A stretch of DNA of 64,000 nt from Bdellovibrionales bacterium. GTDB taxonomy: Bacteria > Bdellovibrionota > Bdellovibrionia > Bdellovibrionales > UBA1609. The stretch is from the NCBI GenBank assembly GCA_965261545.1, contig CBDHDF010000011.1, forward strand, positions 64,001-128,000, in the 5' to 3' direction. Shown piece by piece: positions 1 through 8,891 of the stretch; the stretch's first letter is position 1; every line of letters starts with the position of its first letter. Both the position numbers and the translations under genes were made by a program. The notes beneath the pieces are model-generated. The model saw nothing but the letters and a program-made list of their open reading frames with translations. It was not told the origin of the DNA and did no database searches.

Positions 1-958
1 ACTGAAACCCCACCATGAGAGTGGGGCCTGCACCATAATTTTGCCCATTCAAGGTGGAACTCAAACCTAAGCTCACTGATATCTCGGGTGAAATATAATA
101 TCCCACCTCCCCTGTGAATTCTAAGACTTGAGGGTTTATGGAGTTGTACTTGAAGCTCCCCCCATTGACTCTACGAAGCAGCCCCTCTCTCCTTGTAGAA
201 TTTTGGATGTAGATATCATCTTCAGCGATATTAAATCCTCCGAACTCAAAACGATAGCTCCATGGGGGACTTTGTTTTGAAACTCCAAGTGACCAAGGAA
301 GGAGAGAGGCCCTCCCATCATCACGGTAGGCATAGGCCAAATATAAGTAAAGAGTATGTGAAAGAAACTCTTTGGAAAACCATCCTCCCACTTGAATAAC
401 CATGGCCCCCTCTCCAGTGAGAACTTCGTCGGAGTCATCATCAACAGCATTCAATGGAAAAATAATAAAGCTTTCAGTGATAAAAGAAAAGGCTTGTCTT
501 ACCAGTTGGATTTGTCCCCCACCCATAATTTCCGTCAAGCCAAGGTGACTTCGGTCGGCTTCTTGGGTTGTGCTTTGTGCGTAAGCTCCTCCCGCCGAAC
601 CGATAATGTTCATTCTATGGGAGAGTCCATATCGACTTTCAATATTTGTAAGAAAATGGGTATAATTTCTTCCTTTTCCAATCTTTTCATAGCCTCCACC
701 TTGGCGGCTGTAATTGGAATCTGTGGTGTAAAAGTGAAAGTCAGTTTTAAGAGAAAAGTCTTGAGCCGAGAGTCTAGGGGGAACCCCTCTCCCCACAGCA
801 TGAACAATATGAAGGGGGCAAAGAATCATGGCCATGGTGCCACTGAGAAGAAAAGGTAAAGAAGTCATGGCGTTCAAAATAAAAATCAAGAATTCACAAC
901 ATTTTTTTTTATGAATTTTATGAGCTTTATGAGTTTTATAAGATTTATGAGTTTTCAT
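1..958 (-). CDS. Hypothetical exported/outer-membrane beta-barrel-like protein, 3' end runs off the window (not in ORF track)
   Basis: Open frame read by hand from ATG 958, overlapping the rlmN stop: MKTHKSYKTHK...hydrophobic leader...AQDFSLKTDFHFYTTDSNYSRQGG...GAGPTLMVGFS. No stop before base 1; alternating aromatic/Gly beta-strand pattern. Confidence 0.7.
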   Translation of the reverse strand, partial: MKTHKSYKTHKAHKIHKKKCCEFLIFILNAMTSLPFLLSGTMAMILCPLHIVHAVGRGVPPRLSAQDFSLKTDFHFYTTDSNYSRQGGGYEKIGKGRNYTHFLTNIESRYGLSHRMNIIGSAGGAYAQSTTQEADRSHLGLTEIMGGGQIQLVRQAFSFITESFIIFPLNAVDDDSDEVLTGEGAMVIQVGGWFSKEFLSHTLYLYLAYAYRDDGRASLLPWSLGVSKQSPPWSYRFEFGGFNIAEDDIYIQNSTRREGLLRRVNGGSFKYNSINPQVLEFTGEVGYYISPEISVSLGLSSTLNGQNYGAGPTLMVGFQ

Positions 959-2087
959 AACAAACTTCCTCTGGCAACCTTGACAGCTGTGATAGCTGCC
1001 TTGGAGGCTTGTCATAAGCCGAAGTCAGTTGACCACAAGCTGCAAAGATATCTCTCCCCATGGTTTTACGACGTAAAACATGGGCGCCTCGATCCATCAA
1101 GCATTGTTGGAATTGGCTCACCCGCCTCTCTGAAGGTCTTTCAAAACCTGAATCGGGGTGCTCATTAAAAGGAATGATATTGATTTTACATGGAATGCCC
1201 TTTGTGAGAACAAAAAGCTTTTCAGCATCTGCAAGGGAGTCATTGACTCCTTTGAGAAGAACGTACTCAAGAGTGACTCGATCCCTCGCCTCTTGGGTGT
1301 GTTTTCGGCAGGCATCCAAAAGTTGAGCTATGGACCATTTTTTGTTGATGGGCATGATGCGAGTGCGAGTTTCGTCGTCCACGGCATTCAAACTCACAGC
1401 CAACCTTGCCCCAGAAGCTGTGACTTGGGAAATCATAGGGACAAGGCCCGATGTGGACACGGTGATTTTTTTTCTAGATAAATTCAAGCCCCAGCTTGAA
1501 TGTAAAATCTCAATACTTTTAAAAACGGCCTTGGGGTTATCTAGGGGCTCTCCCATTCCCATAAAAACAATATTTGTGATTCTTTGATTTTGACTCTGGT
1601 TCGGGTTCGGGCTCGGGCTCGAGTTCTGGCTCGGGTTCGGGCTCTGGGCCAAGGAGGCTGAGGCCATAAGGTATTGGCCTACGATTTCCCGAGCTTCAAG
1701 TTTGCGCTGCACCCTTTGCTTTCCTGTGAAACAAAACTTACAGCCCATATTGCATCCTACTTCAGAAGAGACACACAGGGTGAGGCGATTTTTCGATGGA
1801 ATCAATACAGATTCAATCGTCTTGCCCCCCTCCACCGCAAAGAGAAATTTGATCGTTCCATCTTCACTATCCAGGCGCTTCACCAGAGAGGGAAGGCTAA
1901 AGACGATTTGAGGTTGTATCTTGGCACGAAAGCTCTTTGCGAGGTCGGTCATATTGTCAAAAGAGGTTTCTCGGCGACCATACACCCACTTGAAAATCTG
2001 CGCCGCACGAAAACCCTTTTCATTCATTTTAACAAAGCGTTCCGTTAAGTCCTCAAGGCTATGGTCGTAAAATTCCAAAACTGACAT
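945..2087 (-). CDS. rlmN: 23S rRNA m2A2503 / tRNA m2A37 radical SAM methyltransferase
   Basis: CVSSEVGCNMGCKFC, VFMGMGEPLDN, INIIPFN and ACGQL motifs. Confidence 0.96.
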   Translation of the reverse strand: MSVLEFYDHSLEDLTERFVKMNEKGFRAAQIFKWVYGRRETSFDNMTDLAKSFRAKIQPQIVFSLPSLVKRLDSEDGTIKFLFAVEGGKTIESVLIPSKNRLTLCVSSEVGCNMGCKFCFTGKQRVQRKLEAREIVGQYLMASASLAQSPNPSQNSSPSPNPNQSQNQRITNIVFMGMGEPLDNPKAVFKSIEILHSSWGLNLSRKKITVSTSGLVPMISQVTASGARLAVSLNAVDDETRTRIMPINKKWSIAQLLDACRKHTQEARDRVTLEYVLLKGVNDSLADAEKLFVLTKGIPCKINIIPFNEHPDSGFERPSERRVSQFQQCLMDRGAHVLRRKTMGRDIFAACGQLTSAYDKPPRQLSQLSRLPEEVCYENS

Positions 2088-2357
2088 GACTCATCCTTAA
2101 CATAGGCTGTAACACTCTGCAATGACTGAGGGGCTTTCAATGTGAGTTTATCGCAGTGAATTCACCAGCTATGGCATCAGTTTTTTAACGGTGGGGCCTG
2201 CTTGAATTCGTGGTTGCTGCCGATGAAGGCAACCAAAACAGAATTAGAAATGTTAGTCATCACAGGGGAGTCTCAATAGCAAGGAGGGAAGTTGCAGGCC
2301 ACAGCTGTGAAAACATACATTGACTTTACTCCAAAGCAAGATGAATAATTTTTACTT

Positions 2358-3311
2358 ATGAAAAAATCCCTTCCTCCCCTTTGCTTAACCCTTGATAACG
2401 CTTTTAAAGCATTTTTTAAACATGACCAGGGCTTGCTGAAGCCTTTGTTGCAGGATTTTCTTCCTTTGCCACCCGGTTGTCGGGTGGAGCATGTTCAACT
2501 GTTGGATACAGAGGAAAACTCTTCAGAGGCGAGCAAGCCTTCGGGAAAGACCTTCATCTTGGATATGAAGCTTCGCATTTCTCGACAATTGTCCAGTGGG
2601 GAGTGGGTCGAAAATGAAACTGTGAATGTGGAGATGCAAACCGTCTCCCAAAGAGACTTCACAAATCGCCTTCTTGCCTATGCGGGACGGGTCTACTCCA
2701 ATCAAGTGAAAGAAGGAGAAAAATACGAGAAATTAAGAACTGTTTACTCCCTTGTTTTCAGTACTGTGGACCTTCCTGAGCTACGCAAGGACAACGATTA
2801 TTACCACACATGCAGCATGAGGCAGGATAGATACCCTCATTTGAGGCTCACCGATGGTATGCAATTTGTCATTGTAGAATTGAACAAGTTCATTGGCAGG
2901 TTAGACAGCCTTGTTGACCAGCGTGAAGCGTGGTGCTATTTCTTAAAAAGATCGGATGAGTTGGATCAACAAACCAGCCAAGAGCTAGCCAAAAAAGGAA
3001 GGGACATGGGAAGAGCCGTCAAAAATTTGTGGAACTTGTCTCAAGACGAACTTATGCGAGAGCGACTTGAAGCTGAAGATAAGCAGCGTCGAGATCGTTT
3101 GTCACAGATCGACACAGCCCATGAAGAGGGGCGTGAAGAAGGGCGTGAAGAAGGGCGTGAAAGAGGACGTGAAGAAGGGCGTGAAAGAGGGCGAAGGGAA
3201 GAGAGAGAGGCCATTGCTTTAAAGATGATTTTAAAAGGACAGGAGGCTTTGGAGATATCCGAAGCAACAGGGCTTTCTGAAGACGAAATCAAGGCTCTCC
3301 AAAAAAAGTAA
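2358..3311 (+). CDS. Rpn family (PD-(D/E)XK_2) recombination-promoting nuclease / putative transposase
   Basis: LTLDNAFKAFF, LDM, NVEMQ, RLLAYAGRVYSNQ, VELNKF, WCYFL; C-terminal EEGR repeats and IALKM...ISEATGLSEDEI. Confidence 0.9.
   Translation: MKKSLPPLCLTLDNAFKAFFKHDQGLLKPLLQDFLPLPPGCRVEHVQLLDTEENSSEASKPSGKTFILDMKLRISRQLSSGEWVENETVNVEMQTVSQRDFTNRLLAYAGRVYSNQVKEGEKYEKLRTVYSLVFSTVDLPELRKDNDYYHTCSMRQDRYPHLRLTDGMQFVIVELNKFIGRLDSLVDQREAWCYFLKRSDELDQQTSQELAKKGRDMGRAVKNLWNLSQDELMRERLEAEDKQRRDRLSQIDTAHEEGREEGREEGRERGREEGRERGRREEREAIALKMILKGQEALEISEATGLSEDEIKALQKK
3121..3205 (+). repeat. 12-bp coding tandem repeat (EEGR/ERGR x~6) in Rpn tail
   Basis: gaagaagggcgt-type units. Confidence 0.9.
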
Positions 3312-3428
3312 AAATTTCTACAAAATAAGATTTACCTTCTAAAGCCCCACTCCTAAGCTCACTCACGGTGAAGCTTCCTTTCAAGACCATTGGGGAACTT
3401 CATACAAGAAATATTCGACTTCCGTGGA

Positions 3429-4466
3429 CTAAGTGTGAGTTTGCCTCAATATATATTGAATCAACTCATGTCTCCAGCATGGCACACAGCCCATTTGGCC
3501 GACCACAACTCCAGCGGCAAAGTTGGCGAGAATACAAGCCTTTTCCAGGCTCATTCCCGAAGTGATTCCCAAAGCTAAAGCTGCCACCACAGTGTCTCCT
3601 GCTCCAGTAACATCGTAAACCTCCCTGGCGTAGGTGGGAAGGTGCACAACTTCCTCTGGTGAGAACAAGCTCATTCCATCTTTTCCACGTGTGATAACAA
3701 GGAACTGGCACTTGAGGGCATCCATCAAACGAGAGCCTACTCCCAAGAGCATTTCGGGCTCATCAAACTCTTGCTCTTGGGTGAGGCAGGCCAACTCAAA
3801 AGCTTCTGTGCGATTGGGGGTCACAAAGTGAGCACGGCGGTAGTAACGGGAAGGGGTTGTTGGGGCGGGATCAACGAGAACTTTCTTATTGGACAACTGC
3901 GCCAAGCTAATGATTTCTTGAGTCACCAACTCTGTTAAGACCCCGTTGGCATAATCTTCTATGATAATGACATCAGATGTGGGGATCCACTTGGCTGCTT
4001 TCTCAATGAGTTGAGATTCCACGGAACTTGATAAAAATTGGCGGCGCTGAAAATCCACTCGGGCCACATGGTGATTTTCAGCGATAAGGCGAGATTTGCG
4101 TGTGGTCATGCGCTGGGGGTCTTCAATGAGATGTTTGGAGGAAACACCTTCGCTTTCCAAAAGCCTTTTAAAATGACTTCCAGTATCATCATCGCCAATG
4201 GCACCGATAAGTGTGACCTCTCCGCCAAGACTGGATACATTTTTGGCCACATTGGCGGCAAGGCCCAGGCGATGATTCTGACTCTTCACATCAAGCACAG
4301 GAACAGGAGCTTCTCGCGAAATTCGAGACACCTCCCCAAGGAGATATTCATCTAAACCCACGTCGCCAATCACAAGAATATGGCCCGATAGGGACTCTTC
4401 CAGCTGATCCAGTATTTGTAGCTGCACTTCTTTTAATTGTGGTGATGTTAGTATTCTCTCCACCAT
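3429..4466 (-). CDS. rfaE1: D-glycero-beta-D-manno-heptose-7-phosphate kinase (RfaE/HldE domain I)
   Basis: VIGDVGLDEY, RISREAPVPV, TPNRTEA, DVTGAGDTV (PfkB family). Confidence 0.9.
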   Translation of the reverse strand: MVERILTSPQLKEVQLQILDQLEESLSGHILVIGDVGLDEYLLGEVSRISREAPVPVLDVKSQNHRLGLAANVAKNVSSLGGEVTLIGAIGDDDTGSHFKRLLESEGVSSKHLIEDPQRMTTRKSRLIAENHHVARVDFQRRQFLSSSVESQLIEKAAKWIPTSDVIIIEDYANGVLTELVTQEIISLAQLSNKKVLVDPAPTTPSRYYRRAHFVTPNRTEAFELACLTQEQEFDEPEMLLGVGSRLMDALKCQFLVITRGKDGMSLFSPEEVVHLPTYAREVYDVTGAGDTVVAALALGITSGMSLEKACILANFAAGVVVGQMGCVPCWRHELIQYILRQTHT

Positions 4467-4568
4467 GCCTACGCTTCTATTATTGTTTTAGCCAATGGGC
4501 AATGGTCAAGAGCCAATGATCCATCAAAATAACGCTTCACAAGAACTCTGCTATAATTCTTGTAAGGC

Positions 4569-5171
4569 TTAGTCGTAATCCCAAAGTACCCCTAAGTCTA
4601 ACTCGATGGCTTCAAATGGCGGAGCTAAAACCTTATCGCTCCCTGTAAAACCTATCTCCATTCGATAGGTTTGATCTTGAAAAGCAAAAACCTCCAAAGT
4701 TCGACCAATGGGGTCTATCACCCAATAATAAGGAATTTCATTAACAGCATATATGCGCATCTTTAACACCCTGTCATAACGAACTGTTGATGGAGACAAA
4801 ACCTCACAAACCCAATCTGGAGGCAACTCGAAATAAGCTGTTTCTGGAAGCTTTGGAAGACGATCCCTTTTCCAACCTGCTAAATCAGGGACAACAGTGT
4901 TTTTTTTCTCTCTCTTTTGAGCAGGTTTTTCAAAATGAAGTTCTGGTTCATCAAGAATCCACCAACCCCCTGGACCACCATTTCCTAATTGAAAAGGTCC
5001 TCCAATTTGAAGCCCTAAAATTGACGAAGTAGCTATATGCCTTGGAGCAGGTCTAGGTGATACAATTAACTCATCATTAAAAATTTCACCTACAAAATTT
5101 CCTGGTAAATCGCATAATTCCTCCCACAAACTTGAATATGTCTTTGTCTTTACTTTTTCTGCTTTACTCAT
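4569..5171 (-). CDS. Uma2 family endonuclease
   Basis: SPRPAPRH, GGWWILDEPELH, VPDLAGW, PPDWVCEVLSPST, YWVIDP; start re-placed at MSKAEK. Confidence 0.9.
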   Translation of the reverse strand: MSKAEKVKTKTYSSLWEELCDLPGNFVGEIFNDELIVSPRPAPRHIATSSILGLQIGGPFQLGNGGPGGWWILDEPELHFEKPAQKREKKNTVVPDLAGWKRDRLPKLPETAYFELPPDWVCEVLSPSTVRYDRVLKMRIYAVNEIPYYWVIDPIGRTLEVFAFQDQTYRMEIGFTGSDKVLAPPFEAIELDLGVLWDYD

Positions 5172-5239
5172 AATATGACTCCCATGAAGTAACCTGGTCT
5201 TGAGCTTTGGATCGAACCCACCCCGCATGTACCTGCACT

Positions 5240-5698
5240 CTAAGTGTCTAGAGCTTTTTGTCTCTGTGATTCTAAGGCTTCTGTGATCTGATGAATGTGA
5301 ATTTTGTTGGTTTCTGGCATTTTTAAGTTGAGTAGATCGGTGGGAGCCATCCACTGAAGGTTAATATGGTAAATAGGCTGGGGGTCTCCCTTCCATGAGG
5401 AGATACTATAGAACAGAAGGAGAATATGGTTTAAGTTCTCTTGATGATTTAAGCTCTCTTGATTTATATGGTAGGTGAGAGCGAGTTTAAGGTCACCCAC
5501 TTCAACCTCAAGGCCGAGTTCTTCATGGAGTTCTCTGGCGAGGGCCTTTTGCGGAGATTCTCTCCCTTCTATTTTTCCACCTGGAAATTCCCAGACCCCA
5601 GCAAGAGAGTCCGATGCTGGGCGCTGCCCGAGAAGAACTTGGTCGTTTTTTCTGATAAACCCTGCCACCACAGGGATCCATAAGGCTCGCTTTTCCAT
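5240..5698 (-). CDS. NUDIX hydrolase, MutT/NudG-like (d)NTP pyrophosphohydrolase
   Basis: WEFPGGKIEGRESPQKALARELHEELG Nudix box. Confidence 0.9.
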   Translation of the reverse strand: MEKRALWIPVVAGFIRKNDQVLLGQRPASDSLAGVWEFPGGKIEGRESPQKALARELHEELGLEVEVGDLKLALTYHINQESLNHQENLNHILLLFYSISSWKGDPQPIYHINLQWMAPTDLLNLKMPETNKIHIHQITEALESQRQKALDT

Positions 5699-5708
5699 TA
5701 GGTTTCCA

Positions 5709-6749
5709 TCAAATTTGAAGTTTCATATACTGAGCCACTTGGCGAAAAAAGAAGGGGCCATGAAAAACCAGCGCTGAATACACTTGAACAAGGTTCGCTC
5801 CCATTTCCAAGCGCTCCATAACATCCTTGGGTTCCATCACCCCTCCACAGGACACCAAAAGTTTTCCTTGTTTTTTTTCTCCCAAAAAACTGACGGCGGA
5901 TCGAAGGCTTTTTTTTGATAAATTGGCAAGGGGGAGACCCGAAATGCCCCCCTGGGAAGGAAAGGATGCCCCATGGCTGGCTCTAGATTTAGATGATGTA
6001 GATGTTGATGTTGATACAGATGTAGATGCGGATGTGGTATTGGTGAATATCCACCCATCTAAACCTAAATCTAGCGAAGTTGTTAAAACACTGTGCAGTT
6101 GCTCCTCAGATAAATCGGGGCTGATCTTGAGCAAAAGAGGTGGTGAAAGCGAAGAGCTTGAGTGACAAGATTCAACAATAGGTTTTAAAAACTTTGATAG
6201 ATTCTCAGCCTTTAAAAGGTCTCTCAGCTGCTCTGTGTTCGGACTGCTCACATTGAGTACAAAGGCATCGGCATAGTCTTCAAGCTTTTGGATGCATTGA
6301 ATATAGTCCATGTGGGCCATATCCAAGGGAGTGTGGTGATTTTTTCCAATATTGACAAAGATCGGTGTAAAGTGAGGTTGGTAGAGGGGCTTTATTTTGC
6401 TAAGGACATGCTCAACTCCCTTGCTGGGGAAACCCATGTGATTCCAAAGGCTTTTTGAGGAAATATTGCGATCCATGGTCTTTCCTGGGTGGCCCTCCTG
6501 GGATTTAGGTGTCACGGTGCCCACTTCAATAAATCCTGGTCCAAGGTTCCACCAAGAATGAATATGGTCTGCATCTTTGTCCATGCCTCCAGCGATTCCC
6601 AGGGGGTTGGTGAACTCGATTTCACGCCAGGTCATAGGTTTCCAGGTGAGAGTTTGAGGGGAGCTGATTTTCTTGTACAAAGATAGAAACAAGGGGCTCC
6701 ACTTGTGTGCTGTTTGTGCCGGCAACCACATCCATGGTTTTACTTTCAT
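5709..6749 (-). CDS. pyrD: Quinone-dependent dihydroorotate dehydrogenase
   Basis: NPLGIAGGMDKD, EVGTVTP, NVSSPNT, LKISPD, TNTT, GGISG, VQVYS. Confidence 0.93.
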   Translation of the reverse strand: MKVKPWMWLPAQTAHKWSPLFLSLYKKISSPQTLTWKPMTWREIEFTNPLGIAGGMDKDADHIHSWWNLGPGFIEVGTVTPKSQEGHPGKTMDRNISSKSLWNHMGFPSKGVEHVLSKIKPLYQPHFTPIFVNIGKNHHTPLDMAHMDYIQCIQKLEDYADAFVLNVSSPNTEQLRDLLKAENLSKFLKPIVESCHSSSSLSPPLLLKISPDLSEEQLHSVLTTSLDLGLDGWIFTNTTSASTSVSTSTSTSSKSRASHGASFPSQGGISGLPLANLSKKSLRSAVSFLGEKKQGKLLVSCGGVMEPKDVMERLEMGANLVQVYSALVFHGPFFFRQVAQYMKLQI

Positions 6750-6787
6750 GAGTCTACCCTCCCTTGATTCCTAATTTAACAGAAAAA

Positions 6788-6850
6788 AAATCATAGAAGA
6801 AGTATATAAATCATAAAAGGAAGTTTATAAATCATAAAAAAAGTTTACAA
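6788..6850 (+). repeat. ~20-bp intergenic tandem repeat x3
   Basis: aatcatagaagaagtatata / aatcataaaaggaagtttata / aatcataaaaaagtttaca. Confidence 0.8.
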
Positions 6851-6909
6851 TAGCTGAGGTATTTTCATATCACTTGTCATATTTTTCCTGTTATTTTATA
6901 CATGACTCC

Positions 6910-8682
6910 ATGATATCCAAAGATTCCGACCACGGCTCAAGCATTCGTTATCAACCTGACGAAACTCCTCCGAAAATACTTTCACTGGCTCTCGGTTTTC
7001 AGCTTGTCGCTATCACTGTTGCTGGCGTGGTGTTGACGCCAGCCATCGTCATCCGGGCAGCAGGCGAGAGTGAACTCTTCTTGTCATGGGCTGTGTTTGC
7101 TGCTGTCGTCGTCGCAGGCCTAACCACCGTATTGCAAGCGGTCCGAATAGGTCGGTTTGGCGCTGGTTATGTGCTTATGATGGGCACATCGGGGGCGTTT
7201 ATCGCCGTCTGTATTACAGCCATTGCCAAAGGCGGCCCGGCGATGCTCGCCACTCTGGTCATCATTTCCTCGTTCTTCCAGTTCATGCTTGCGACGCGAC
7301 TCTCGTTGTTCCGGCAAGTTCTGACCCCGACTGTCGCCGGAACGGTACTCACGCTCATACCCGTTACGGTGATGCCAATCGTCTTTGATATGCTGAATAA
7401 AATGCCAGAAGGCGCACCAAAATTTGCTGGGCCAGTGACTGCTTTGATGACCATGGTTATCACTGTCGGTATGGCGCTAAAGGCCAAGGGGCAATTAAGG
7501 CTCTGGGTACCGGTCATTGGCGTCGTTATCGGTTCAGTGGTTGCCGGATTTTTCGGCATTTACGATTCCAATCTCGTACTCAGCGCCTCATGGGTTGGTT
7601 TGCCCGATGGCAGTTGGCCCGGTTTGGATTTAAGTTTCGGCCCGGTTTTCTGGACACTGCTTCCCCCATTCGTATTTGTCACCTTGATCGGTGCCATAGA
7701 AACGGTCGGCGACTCTATCGCCATCCAACACGTCTCCTGGCGCAAGCCCCGGGCCGTGGATTTTCGGGCGGTACAGGGTGCTGTAGGGGCCGACGGAGTG
7801 GGCAACCTGTTGTCTGGTCTCGCCGGGACGGTACCAAATACGACTTATTCAACCAGCATTGCAGTGGTCGAATTGACAGGGATTGGAGCACGCAGTGTCG
7901 GTGTCGCCACGGGTGCGTTATTCATTGTGCTGGCATTCCTGCCCAAAGCACTCGCAGTCATTCTGGCTATTCCGGATCAGGTGGTTGCGGCCTATCTTAC
8001 CGTGGTCTTGGCGCTTATCTTCATACTTGGCATGAAAATGATCATTCAAGATGGAATCAACTATCGTACTGGCCTGATTGCCGGAGTCTCATTCTGGGTC
8101 GGATTTGGTTTCGAAACCAATTCGATTTTTCCCGAATTTTTCTCGGAATTTGCCGGAGGATTCTTGCAAAATGGAATTACGGCTGGCGGTTTGACAGCAA
8201 TTATTTTGACTCTGTTCCAGAGGATAGGAGTCTCCCGGAGTCGCCGGATCGAAACAAAATTGGATACTTCGGCGCTACCAAACATCAGAGAGTTTCTGGA
8301 AGCATTCGCATCCCACAACCGCTGGGATCAGGCGATGATGACTCGACTCAACATCGCCAGTGAGGAGACACTGTTGACGCTCCTGCAAAAAAGTGAAGCC
8401 ATTGGGAGCCGTGAGTCCCGGAGATTGAGTCTGGTTGCACGGAAGGAGGACGGTGGGGCCGTGCTTGAATTCGTGGCTGCCGCCGGTGAAGGCAACCTCC
8501 AGGATCAAATAGCGCTACTCAGTGAGCAACCCGTTGATGCCCCTCCCGTAGAAAAGGAGATATCACTTCGTCTATTGCGGCACGTCGCATCTTCGGTTCT
8601 ACATCAGCAATACCATAACACGGATATCGTGACTGTCCGCGTGGACGCTCCGAAACCCGTTCGCGGCGAAGTCACCTCTTAG
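6910..8682 (+). CDS. Xanthine/uracil (NCS2) permease with extra C-terminal cytoplasmic domain
   Basis: YQPDETPP, LQAVRIGRFGAG, IETVGD, ADGVGNLLSGLAGTVPNTTYS; ~150-aa soluble tail; GC and codon usage visibly different from neighbours. Confidence 0.88.
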   Translation: MISKDSDHGSSIRYQPDETPPKILSLALGFQLVAITVAGVVLTPAIVIRAAGESELFLSWAVFAAVVVAGLTTVLQAVRIGRFGAGYVLMMGTSGAFIAVCITAIAKGGPAMLATLVIISSFFQFMLATRLSLFRQVLTPTVAGTVLTLIPVTVMPIVFDMLNKMPEGAPKFAGPVTALMTMVITVGMALKAKGQLRLWVPVIGVVIGSVVAGFFGIYDSNLVLSASWVGLPDGSWPGLDLSFGPVFWTLLPPFVFVTLIGAIETVGDSIAIQHVSWRKPRAVDFRAVQGAVGADGVGNLLSGLAGTVPNTTYSTSIAVVELTGIGARSVGVATGALFIVLAFLPKALAVILAIPDQVVAAYLTVVLALIFILGMKMIIQDGINYRTGLIAGVSFWVGFGFETNSIFPEFFSEFAGGFLQNGITAGGLTAIILTLFQRIGVSRSRRIETKLDTSALPNIREFLEAFASHNRWDQAMMTRLNIASEETLLTLLQKSEAIGSRESRRLSLVARKEDGGAVLEFVAAAGEGNLQDQIALLSEQPVDAPPVEKEISLRLLRHVASSVLHQQYHNTDIVTVRVDAPKPVRGEVTS

Positions 8683-8891
8683 GGAAAAATTATGAGATAA
8701 TACGCCTCAACTCATTTGTTTTATTGTGAGACGCTTTCAGGATTTTTATTTTTTTGTGAACTTGACTATGCTATGATTTAGCTATATTGGGCCTCGAACC
8801 TAACTCTTATGTGTTTCTTAAGTATTTATTTATGAGGTCATACGCATTCACTGCTCCTCTTTAACTTTATAGGACAAGTCAATTAACCAAG

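Noticed and set aside
136..1168. ORF-track calls 136-450, 392-859, 610-807, 911-1168
   Set aside because: Shadow frames of the unlisted minus-strand gene 1-958 and of rlmN
2100..2320. Possible structured RNA upstream of rlmN/Rpn (ggttgc/gcaacc, ggcctgc/gcaggcc pairings)
   Set aside because: Short stems could be chance; no recognisable family
7590..8363. 257-aa alternate-frame ORF in the permease (likewise antisense 38900-39598 in E2)
   Set aside because: Fully overlaps a well-supported gene and has no motifs
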